From Batkoa obscura (Eukaryota), in NCBI GenBank assembly GCA_030770535.1, contig JASVEC010000199.1, positions 1 to 32,665 on the forward strand: a stretch of 32,665 bases of DNA, written 5' to 3'. Under the pieces are notes generated by a model, which was given only the letters and a program-made list of their open reading frames with translations, searched no databases and was not told where the DNA came from. Below, piece by piece: positions 12,897 to 22,714 of the stretch (positions are counted from its first letter, which is position 1; the number at the start of each line of letters is the position of its first letter). The translations under genes and the position numbers were made by a program.

Positions 12897-12931
12897 TATG
12901 TTTAGTTTATGTTTAGTTTATGTTTAGTTTA
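12897..12931. repeat. Tandem 11-mer (TTATGTTTAGT) x3
   Basis: ttatgtttagtttatgtttagtttatgtttagttt. Confidence 0.75.
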
Positions 12932-13155
12932 AATTATAATAGCATATTTAAATCTCAAAAACAATGAAAAGCATCTAACTGCTAGCTGCTTTATTCAATT
13001 CATATTTCATAATAATATAGTTATGGTTTTATATTCTCTAAAAGCTTTTTTACCAGTTTGTAGTTTGATTGAAGATAAAGCAGCTTTTTACAAAAAGTTT
13101 TAAGTTTTATTTTATTTTAAATTATAAACTAATAAAAAAAGTTAATAAAATATAT

Positions 13156-13254
13156 GGGGATGTTTTTTTTGGCTTCATTACTTTTTCCACCTTTTAAGCG
13201 CTATTTGAGTGGAAAAATTGCTAGTAAAATTCTTAAATACAAAAACACATCCCC
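13156..13254 (+). mobile_element. MITE copy B (99 bp, best-preserved reference copy)
   Basis: ATAT|GGGGATGTTTTTTT...AAAAACACATCCCC|ATAT. Terminal inverted repeats, and internal TTTTTCCAC...AGCGCT...GTGGAAAAA stem. Confidence 0.9.
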
Positions 13255-13507
13255 ATATAAAGATACTATTATACCTGAATAACTAATAATTTACCAATTT
13301 TAATTTATATTATATTGCTATATTTTTTTAACTTTTTACTATAGTTACATAAGTTTTAATATGAAATAAACATAAAATTTGTTTTAAATAAAACTATACA
13401 TATAAATTATTATGATTTTAATATTTTTAAACATGTTTAAAATGTTTTCAAAATAAGTTTTTTTATCTTAAAATAAATTTCAAAAAATAAATAAAACAAT
13501 TTAATAG

Positions 13508-13603
13508 ACAGATGTTTTTTTGTGCCTAAGAATTCTATTAACAATCTTTCCATTCAAATAGCGTTTAAAAGAGAAAAAGTGATGAAGTAAAAAAAATACT
13601 CCC
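13508..13603 (-). mobile_element. MITE copy C (inverted relative to B, diverged)
   Basis: GATGTTTTTTTGTGCCTAAGAATTCTATTAACAATCTTTCCATTCAAATAGCGTTTAAAAGAGAAAAAGTGATGAAG...ACTCCC|ATAT is the reverse complement of the consensus. Confidence 0.85.
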
Positions 13604-14152
13604 ATATTATGTATTTTACACATTTCTAAAACAAACAAATTATTACATTATTACAAGCACATTAAACCTTAATTTTAGTTAAAAATAGTTTGTTCTTGCA
13701 GGATAAAAAACAAAAGTCCTATTCTACATCAAGAAATTTACGCTCAATAGTAACCCAAATAGTGAATATAAAACATTGCAAGGTTAGCTTCTTATAACAT
13801 ATCAAAAAACAAGTAAATAAACAATTTTAAAAAATGTATCAAAATCGTTGAGCTTTTTGTTACAAAGTTAATCTATTTTTAGAATCTAGAATGATTAAAC
13901 ACTGTAGTAAAAAAGTTTTTTATTTTAATAAATTAATAAAAATACCAACTCAAATTTAATTTTACCAAATAATAAATAGCGTCATTCTATTCATACCGTT
14001 GACTTGAAAGTGATCTCATTTTCAACCCACCTTTTAATTTATAGCTAAAAACAGCTAACACAATGTTTATTTAACATGGCTAAGTAGATATCAAGTTAAT
14101 TTGAAGCTAGATATACAACGTCTGATAATATTCCTTAAGACCTTTACAAATG

Positions 14153-14160
14153 TATAAATA
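14153..14160 (+). promoter_or_regulatory. Candidate TATA box for the YK-repeat gene at 14225
   Basis: TATAAATA ~70 nt upstream of the signal-peptide ATG. Specificity is low in AT-rich DNA. Confidence 0.3.
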
Positions 14161-14224
14161 CTTATCAAAAAGTCCTAAACTCAATATATTAAATTTCATA
14201 AACTATCTAGAGCATCTAACTACA

Positions 14225-15319
14225 ATGTACACTAACTTCATTACTGTTGCACTTTTATCCGCACTTACTGCCAATGCAATTTCCTTGGGTCAATTGGGTC
14301 TTCCTTTAGGTTTAGGCTCCAATGGTGTTGCCCCAAGTTCGGTCAATGCCAATACTATTCCAAACGCTATGAACGTGAACTCTAATGCTGCAAAACCAGC
14401 CGGAGCTTTAAATGCACCAAAAGTTGAATCAGTAACTCCAAGCAGCGCTGAATCCTTTATGTTGGATGGCATTGAGGGTGAAGAAGGTTTTGATATTGCA
14501 GCTGCAGCTGAAGAAGAAGGAAAAAAGGATGAAAAGAAAGCTGAAGAAAAGAAAGATAAAGACAGTAAGAAGGATAAAGATGATAAGACTGACAAAAAGA
14601 AAGAAAAGGATGACAAGAAAGATAAACCCAAGAAATATAAACATGATCACGATGACTACTATAGCAAAAAAGGATCCAAGTACTATGGCGATGATGATGA
14701 TGATGAGCATAGCTATAGACATCGTGATGATAAACATTACAAGAGACCTAGTTATTATAGAAGAGGCTATGAAGTCAAAGATTATGGGCATGATCATGAA
14801 AAGAAACCAGAATATAAATCTGATGACAAAAGAGAAAAATATGCTGAGGATATTAAAAAATATTTAGCTAAAGATGAACATAAGAAACCAGAAGATTCAT
14901 ACAAGCATCATGACTCTGAATATAAGAAACCTGAAGAACACTACAAACATCATGACTCTGAATATAAGAAACCTGAAGACCACTACAAACATCATGATTC
15001 TGAGTACAAGAAACATGAAGAACACTACAAGAAGCCAGAAGAACACTACAAGCGTCACGAATCCGAATACAAGAAGCCAGAAGAGGAATACAAGAAACAT
15101 GAAGAACATAGACCAGAAGGTGAATATAAAAAACCAGAAGAACATTACAAGAAACATGAAGAACACCACAAGAAGCCAGAAGAACACTACAAGGAACATG
15201 AGGGATACAAGAAACCTGAAGAGCATTACAAGAAACCAGAGGAACACAAGTATGAGGAGAAGAAATACGAGCACCCAAAGGAAAAGGGGTACAAAGTAGA
15301 AGAGCCAGAGAAATATTAG
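14225..15319 (+). CDS. Secreted Tyr/Lys/His/Glu heptad-repeat protein 1 (364 aa from ATG 14225), intronless
   Basis: Signal peptide MYTNFITVALLSALTANA, Ala/Pro/Asn-rich linker, K/D-rich tract, then YKKPEEH/YKHHDSE-type heptads. No Cys. The upstream ATG at 14150 lacks signal-peptide character. Confidence 0.85.
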   Translation: MYTNFITVALLSALTANAISLGQLGLPLGLGSNGVAPSSVNANTIPNAMNVNSNAAKPAGALNAPKVESVTPSSAESFMLDGIEGEEGFDIAAAAEEEGKKDEKKAEEKKDKDSKKDKDDKTDKKKEKDDKKDKPKKYKHDHDDYYSKKGSKYYGDDDDDEHSYRHRDDKHYKRPSYYRRGYEVKDYGHDHEKKPEYKSDDKREKYAEDIKKYLAKDEHKKPEDSYKHHDSEYKKPEEHYKHHDSEYKKPEDHYKHHDSEYKKHEEHYKKPEEHYKRHESEYKKPEEEYKKHEEHRPEGEYKKPEEHYKKHEEHHKKPEEHYKEHEGYKKPEEHYKKPEEHKYEEKKYEHPKEKGYKVEEPEKY

Positions 15320-15713
15320 GTTGATTTGTGCATCCAGCTATAGTTAGTAGAGTTTCTAGTTCATGTCATATTACATTCATATATTAAACTAATAGTATTT
15401 TATATAATTTTTTTAAATATTTTTGATACTTTAGATAATTTATTAATATGTTTAAAATGTATGGTTAAGCGTATTTAAGTAACGAATAGTGCTAAAATAG
15501 ATAAAAGCACTATAAGGTTAATTCGAAAACTTGTTTAAACTCATTTAATTTGTTTCATTATTTATTAAATTTGAATATTCAAATTCTAATTCTTAACTTG
15601 TGTCCTTAGGCATTTATGGCACCAACAATTTTGAGTAATCTACTTATAATTTACTAAATTATCTCCTTCATTAGATACAAAAAGATCTATAGTCTATTTA
15701 TGGATTAATATAT

Positions 15714-15810
15714 GAAAGTGTTTTTTTGGCTTCATTACTTTTTCAATCTTTTAAGCGCTATTGAGTAGAAAAATTATTAGTAAAATTCTTAAACACAAAC
15801 ATACACCCTT
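15714..15810 (+). mobile_element. MITE copy D (between the convergent YK-repeat genes)
   Basis: ATAT|GAAAGTGTTTTTTTGGCTTCATTACTTTTTCAATCTTTTAAGCGCTATTGAGTAGAAAAATTATTAGTAAAATTCTTAAACACAAACATACACCCTT|ATAT. Confidence 0.88.
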
Positions 15811-16871
15811 ATATATAGAGTAGAATATAAAACTGCTAACTATAGCTTATTGGACACAAAAAGCTGGCAAAGAAATCCTCCAATACCTGCCTATCTTACA
15901 CTAATATTGCAAAATCATCCCAAATACCATCTCATCTTTATAACTCATGATATAGCATGTTTTATATTGTTTTTGATGTTTTACAATATTAATAAAGTAC
16001 TTGGGAGTTAATAGCTTTTTCAAGATTTTAAAATAATTGAATTCTTCATGTAAATGCTTTTATAAAGTGGGATAATTAGTGCTTTCCTTGCTACTATCAT
16101 TAGCTATTAATTCCTAACTCTTTAAAATAAATTTAATAATATCTCTATAGAAGTATTTTTCGAGATTTTTTATTCATAATAATGGATATTAGTGCATTGA
16201 GATGACTGGATAAAAGCGATATCAAAACATAGTATATATAAAACACATATTTTATTTTTTTAAGAACTCTTTACTTGAGTTACTTATCAATTGCATTCAT
16301 ATATAGTATAAAAAAATAGCTAATATCAGTTACACATTTTCAATCGGTTTATCTCCTTTTCCCTATCTCCTCTGCCTTACATGACAGAGCCTCTAGTAGA
16401 TATAAATTGAATAATGTATTATTTTTCATTCTTTTATGAAAAGACCGGAGTAACCGACAAAAGATTCCAACCCTGTAATAGCTTCTGTTGTTTTCCCATC
16501 ATTGGTATATCAATTTATATTTTATTTATCTTGAAAGATAAAGCGCGTGGGCTTTATGATCTTCTGGGAAAAGGGGTTCTTTAGGAAGAAGAATGTTAGA
16601 ATTTTAGAATTTTAAAATTAATTAGGAATAAAAATATTAAACAAATTGGATATTTTTTGACAAATGACTGGCTGATATACTAATAGTATGTAACTATAGA
16701 AATATATATGGTTTATAATTTTTTTTACATGATAATTATCGGTTTATATATTAGCTAAAATATCAAAGTAAAAAGTAAAAATAAAAGGCTATTTTAAAGT
16801 AATATCAAATTTATTAAAAACAATTATTAATGAACATTGCAAATAAAGGAATAAAAGACAAACGGAATAAC

Positions 16872-18244
16872 TTAATATTCTGGTGCTTTAACTACATAAC
16901 CCTTGTTTTCTTTCTTGTATTCACCTTCTGGTTTCTTATATTCACCTTCTGATTTCTTGTACTCATTTTCTGGTTTTTTGTACTCACTTTCAGGTTTTTT
17001 GTATTCTTCAACTTTGTATTTAGGAGTTTCTTTTTTACCATAATCGTTATCGTCTTTCTTGTAATCACCTTCTGGTTTCTTGTACTCACCTTCAGGCTTC
17101 TTGTATTCTTCTACTTTGTATTTAGGGGTTTCTTTTTTACTGTAATCATTGTTATCTTTCTTGTAATGGTCTTCAGGTTTCTTATATTCAGAGTCATGAT
17201 GCTTGTATGAATCTTCTGGCTTTTTATATTCAGAGTCATGATGCTTGTATGAATCTTCTGGCTTCTTGTAATGATCCTCAGGTTTCTTGTAGTGGTCTTC
17301 AGGTTTCTTGTATTCTTCTACCTTATATTTAGGGGTTTCTTTTTTACTGTAATCATTGTTATCTTTCTTGTAATGGTCTTCAGGTTTCTTATATTCAGAG
17401 TCATGATGCTTGTATGAATCTTCTGGCTTTTTATATTCAGAATCATGATGCTTGTATGAATCTTCTGGCTTCTTGTAATGATCCTCAGGTTTCTTATAGT
17501 GGTTTTCTGGCTTCTTATATTCTTCTACCTTATATTTAGGGGTTTCTTTTTTACCATAGTCATTACTGTCTTTCTTGTAGTGGTCTTCAGGCTTCTTATA
17601 CTCAGATTCGTGGTGTTTGTATGAATCTTCAGGCTTTTTATATTCAGAATCATGATTCTTGTATGAATCTTCTGGTTTTTTGTAGTGATCATCGTGTGAC
17701 TTGTACTCTTCAACTTTATATTTATGAGAATCATCTTTCTTATATTCATAATCATCATGCTTCTTGTAGCTATCGTTTTCTAAGTATTTTTTGATGCCTT
17801 CGGTATATTTATTGTACTCTTTGCTGTCATTCTTTTTATAGTCATCTACTTTATATTCACCATTTTTGTGGCTTTTATAGTCATCATTTTCATATGAATT
17901 TTTGTATGACTTATCAACCTTGTATGCACCATGGCTTTCGTTCTTGTAATGATCATTGTCTTTATGATCATATTCATTATCTCTTCCATAATGATCATCG
18001 TGATCATGACCATAGCCATGATCTTTACCATGATATCTATTATCTGAATCATAGTCATCATGATGCTTCTTATGATGGTACCTATCTGAGTCATAGTTAT
18101 CGTGGCTATTATATTTGTTATCTGAGTTGTAATCACCATGTCGTTCCTTATGATGATATTTATTTGAATCGTAATCATCATGATTGTGGTATTTCTTATT
18201 ACGATGATGGTCATCATGACCATGGTATTTCCTACTGTGATGGT

Positions 18245-18277
<33 letters not shown>

Positions 18278-18539
18278 TGGAGGCTTTTAAAGCTGAATTT
18301 GCTTCTTTTTGAAGAGTATCTGGGTTTATAGATGAGATACTAGCTTGGTTAGGGGCCATCTTGTTGGCTGCTGGAGTTATAGAACCCAACTTTATATCTC
18401 CTGGAGTAGAGTTGATGTTACTTGGATTTGGAATGGCCTGTGGGGAGTTTAAATTTAAGCTGGAAAGTACAGCATCTAATGAGAGAGCATTGGTAGCAAT
18501 AGCGCTTAAAATAACAGAAATGATGAATTTAGAATGCAT
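16872..18539 (-). CDS. Secreted Tyr/Lys/His/Asp heptad-repeat protein 2 (555 aa), intronless paralogue of 14225-15319
   Basis: Signal peptide MHSKFIISVILSAIATNA, poly-Asp, His/Asp/Tyr-rich domain, shared KY[AT]E[DG]IKKYL motif, YKKPEDH/YKKPEDS/YKHHDSE heptads, C-terminus KGYVVKAPEY (versus KGYKVEEPEKY). Confidence 0.88.
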
Positions 18540-19007
18540 TTTTAATTGGTTTTATATGAAGTATATCAGTATAGATGATTTTGATATTGGTTTTTTGATA
18601 TTAGTTTTAGTGAAATCCTTTAGCTTTTTATATGTCATTTTGTCGCTATATTCTATTAATAAATCTGGTAGTTACAATTTATACTAGTTGAAGTGTTTAC
18701 GCATCTTGTATTCTTTACTTTTGTTTATAAAATTTCAACCAATTTACTAAAAGTTGGAATTTCAATGTGATTACACTAACTTAATTTTTTTCCAAAATTG
18801 TAAATTGCCACGCAGGATTAACTTGATTTATCTTTAAACTATTAAAAATTCATGGTGATAATTACTGTTAATTAAATTCATTTTGTTACTAACTAGATAT
18901 GTATGATTTATAAAATTAAGTAATATGTTGATTGTGACTAATTGCTGTATTTTAATAGGTTTTACTATATCGCTCTAAAAATGGATCTAGCTAATATTTT
19001 AACATTT

Positions 19008-19101
19008 TGGGTGTGTTTTGATTTCATCACTTTTACCATTTTTAAATGCTATTTGAGTGAAAAATCATTGGTAAAATTATTAAACAAAAAAATGCATCCC
19101 C
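19008..19101 (+). mobile_element. MITE copy E
   Basis: ATTT|TGGGTGTGTTTTGATTTCATCACTTTTACCATTTTTAAATGCTATTTGAGTGAAAAATCATTGGTAAAATTATTAAACAAAAAAATGCATCCCC|ATTT. Confidence 0.85.
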
Positions 19102-20574
19102 ATTTAGTTTTAGTGGTATTGTAATCATAAATTTAAGTATGGCTCTTCTATTAAAAAGTTATTTTTACATTGTAGTATTAACTGGTAATATTTGTTAGCT
19201 GAGAAAGCAAAATAGATTTAAGATTAAATTAACATAAGACTTACAGAGTTTTGAAACGAATATTTTAAAATAACCTGGTAGCTTAAAAACAGCTTATATC
19301 GATTTGAGTATATGATAGCATACATACACTTAGTTTCACTATAAAGTTACTAAAATAGTTCTATTAAATCGTTTTACACTGAAAACAGTACCGATTGGTA
19401 AATATGTAATGTTTTGAGAAAATACTTGAGAATAAGTTCTGAGGTAAGTGAAGAGGTGACCAAGTGGTAAGACACATTCTCTTCTTAATAAGAAGTATGA
19501 ATTACTTGTTAAAGTATCCCCGCATCTTATATCTCTTCAAACTTTTCTCAGATATTCTATATTAATATTCATTAAGCTTCTATATTGTCTTAAGTAAACC
19601 AAACCATTTATTTTGGATGTGCAATAAAAAAAGGCTCTAGAGTAGACTTTTTTAAGTCTACTCTTATAAAATTTTAACTTCAATAATCACTACTAGTTTC
19701 GAGAAATATTTGACAACGGAAAATATTATGTAAATCACTTCATTTTACAAATATGTTTTAAGTGATCTATGGCCATATACTTTATTTTTTAATCGTTTTT
19801 ATAGACTACCTCTTTTTGAATATAATTTACCAAATATTAAAGATATTAGTACTTTTATTTAGAAAAAAACCAAGGAAATCCACTAAAGTTTGAGTTATCA
19901 TCCTACAATAGCAAATGCTTTTATTTCGATTTCATTTTAAGATAGATACAAAGACTATAGTTTATGTCCTTTTGAACCTCGAATTAGTATTCGAGTTCTT
20001 AGTTTTTAATACATTCTGTTCATTTTTTTACATAATAAACGCTAATTCTAAAATATTATGGTTTTAAGAATTAATAAGGAAAAAAGTGTTACCAATTACA
20101 ATGTTTTTAGCAATCAAAGCATGAATCAAATAAACTTGATTTCTTCTTGGCTTTTGTAGTCCTAGTTATTGAGTGTTTAATTCCTTAGGCAAAAGAACTT
20201 CCTCTCTAAGCACAAGACCCTCTCGCAAAGGATATCATTATTCCTAATATACTTACACATAATACATCTATTTACAAAGTAATATCATCGTTAGTTGTTC
20301 TGATATATTCTGTTTTTCCATAGATTATACTTTCAGAAATAGCAATATACAAAGCAGCACTATAATCTAAAAGTTAGCAAATGATACCCTTAAAGGTTTG
20401 AATCTAAATTTTTATATTGATTGTTTGGAAGGAAGTTATAAGCATATGAGTATCAGTAAAGCTTAGAAGATTTTATATCGATAAGCTATGGTCATTACAG
20501 CAAGTTCACCAGCTCTATTATTAATCTATGTCTTTAAGTGCTAGCTATTCTAAAGCTAGTAAGTTACGTTACCT

Positions 20575-20657
20575 GAGGTTTTTTTGACTTCACTTTTTCC
20601 ATCTTTTAAGCGCTATTTGAGTCGAAAAATTATTAAAATTATTAAAAATACATTTCC
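20575..20657 (+). mobile_element. MITE copy F (internally deleted)
   Basis: GAGGTTTTTTTGACTTCACTTTTTCCATCTTTTAAGCGCTATTTGAGTCGAAAAATTATTAAAATTATTAAAAATACATTTCC; flanks ACCT/ATCT. Confidence 0.8.
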
Positions 20658-20792
20658 ATCTATTTGCAATAAATCTTAAAATCATAAAGATAGTAATTTA
20701 ATCTGAAAAGGAGTTTAAATAAATGATAATATTTTATTTGATAGTAATGGATATTAAGAGAGATATTTCACTTTAATAGGAATGCATAGTAA

Positions 20793-21737
20793 TTATTGAA
20801 TTTTGTTTCCAGGTTTTTGGAAATGTTCTAATAGTAAAGTCAGTGCTTTAACTAAAGGATCAGAGCTGTTAGCGTCAACGCCATTTTTGTTGATAGAGGA
20901 GGCCAAATCGGGAGGCGCTGTAGCCAACTTAGGTGCTTCATGGATATTATTAATAACAATATTTACTTTGTCTTTATCAATAGGAAGGTTGTTTAATGGC
21001 AAGCTACCTATTGGTAAGCCTGGGTTATTAAATGACTGTGTTGATTGTCCGAAACCTTGAGAGCTATCCGACATACCTAATAAATTTGGTCCACCTTGAG
21101 TTGGTATGCCTCTATTATGTGGCATATTGATATCTGGTCTAAATTGGAAATTAGGCTGTAGCCTCTGTCCTGTTAACCTTGGGCTGTTAACAGTATTAAA
21201 ATCTGTATCGCTCCCATCACTAAGCTCGAAATTATTTTGTAATTCATGTACGCCCCCTCTTTGAGAATTTTGAACATTATTATCTCCTATCACCATCCCA
21301 TTTCTATCTTGAAAGCCCTGCATACTACTCATAGCCATTGCATTTTGATTGGGCTGAATGAATTGAGGATTGTTTGATGCTAGCTGAAAGTTACTGGCTT
21401 GGGCGAATCGAGGGTCATTGGATGATAGCCTAAAGTTATTAGCTTGAAAGGGATTAGATTGGAGGCTATTAGCTTGAAAATTATTAGCTTGAAAATTATT
21501 AGATTGAAAGGGGTTAGATTGAAGATTGTTATGTTGAGTAAATTGAGGGTTATGGACATCATTAAACGAATCTGACTTAGAAACACCCTTTTTCGGGTTA
21601 ACACCAAAGTTTGTTGAGCCATCTGCTATATCAACTATAGAGTTCAATATACCAGCTGGGTTACGATCATCACTTAAAATGAAAGCTGGGAATACCCTAT
21701 TTAATAAATATAAAATCGTTAATATAAAATACTTCAT
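20793..21737 (-). CDS. Probable secreted N/Q/F-rich low-complexity protein (314 aa) with pentapeptide repeats, intronless
   Basis: Hydrophobic N-terminus MKYFILTILYLLNRVFPA. Repeats HNNLQ-SNPFQ-SNNFQ-ANNFQ-ANSLQ-SNPFQ-ANNFR. Long open frame with raised GC. Confidence 0.8.
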   Translation of the reverse strand: MKYFILTILYLLNRVFPAFILSDDRNPAGILNSIVDIADGSTNFGVNPKKGVSKSDSFNDVHNPQFTQHNNLQSNPFQSNNFQANNFQANSLQSNPFQANNFRLSSNDPRFAQASNFQLASNNPQFIQPNQNAMAMSSMQGFQDRNGMVIGDNNVQNSQRGGVHELQNNFELSDGSDTDFNTVNSPRLTGQRLQPNFQFRPDINMPHNRGIPTQGGPNLLGMSDSSQGFGQSTQSFNNPGLPIGSLPLNNLPIDKDKVNIVINNIHEAPKLATAPPDLASSINKNGVDANSSDPLVKALTLLLEHFQKPGNKIQ

Positions 21738-22387
21738 CTTTTGTAAAGAAAAAATAAAATCAATAATATTTATCCTTTAATCCTTTATATTAGACTATCT
21801 TGAACTGAAAAATCCTGAATACCCTTTTAACCATTTTTATGTTGGAACTTTTATACTTAATTATATATACTTCCTATAAAATATAAGTTTTCATTCAACA
21901 AAAGCCATATATATTTTCCATTTTTGGTTAATTAATTTAACGAATTGGAATTACTGATATTTATCTTTTATTATAACAAAATTATGAAAAAAGAGTTAAT
22001 AAATAGAATGATTTAAATTAAAATGAGTATTTTCTAAATTCATCAAAATGCTTAAACTTATTGAGCAACTAAATGTAATAGAATTGTTAGTTGAAAGATC
22101 TAATATATCATTTAATATAGTATTATAGTTATGTAATGAAATAAAATGTATAAACAAATGATAAATCATAGGAATTCATTTCGCACAACATACATTAAAA
22201 ACCAACTAAACTTAACTTAACAAAACATTCCTCTAGTATACAGCGAATACTTGATATTGAGGATTGATTTTATTAACAAACGTGGGGTGATTTTACAATA
22301 GTGCCAAAAAGAGTTAGAAAAATAAAATTAATTTATCAAAATGAAGTCGATTACTTTTTATACTTTTTACTTTTGATTTTTATTAAT

Positions 22388-22714
22388 ATGCTCTTCAACT
22401 TCTATTTATTTTTTTGTTTTACTTTATTAGCTAATTCGTCTCCTATTACTCGCCAAGAAGTGGATGTCAAAAAGGATATTAGTCAGAGTATAGCTGAAAA
22501 ATTACTGCCAAATGTATCAAATATTCTAAATAATGGGGTACTTTCGAGTTTGATTGACACAAAAGGTACGACGAAAGACACATTGAGCAATACCAACCAA
22601 ATAAATGATGAACTTAAGTTAACCCCTAATATTAATCAGCAGTTACTCAATCATGAGCCTAACCCAGATGAAGATGATCGTGTTGTTATAAAGTTAGTCC
22701 CAAAAATACTTTGA
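22388..22714 (+). CDS. Small secreted protein (108 aa from ATG 22388), intronless
   Basis: Signal peptide MLFNFYLFFCFTLLANS followed by SPI, typical of fungal secreted N-termini. The ORF-track start (GTG 22301) is unlikely. Confidence 0.7.
   Translation: MLFNFYLFFCFTLLANSSPITRQEVDVKKDISQSIAEKLLPNVSNILNNGVLSSLIDTKGTTKDTLSNTNQINDELKLTPNINQQLLNHEPNPDEDDRVVIKLVPKIL

Noticed and set aside
16380..16610. Slightly GC-richer patches with broken reading frames (also ~20100-20300, 22850-23100, 31700-31920)
   Set aside because: Short frames are interrupted by stops and have no identifiable domain. Possible pseudogene or TE relics, but not callable by eye.
14225..18539. YK-repeat proteins as Kex2-processed peptide or RiPP (dikaritin-type) precursors
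   Set aside because: Most dibasic sites are KK followed by Pro (unfavourable for Kex2), KR sites are rare, and no DUF3328 oxidase, tyrosinase or peptidase gene is visible in the window. Not fully excluded.
14290..18687. Alternative-frame and antisense ORFs overlapping the two repeat genes (e.g. 14466-14867, 14897-15274, 17846-18277, 17894-18331, 18361-18687)
   Set aside because: These are shadows of repetitive, codon-biased coding sequence; poly-Met and poly-His tracts derive from the GAT microsatellite.
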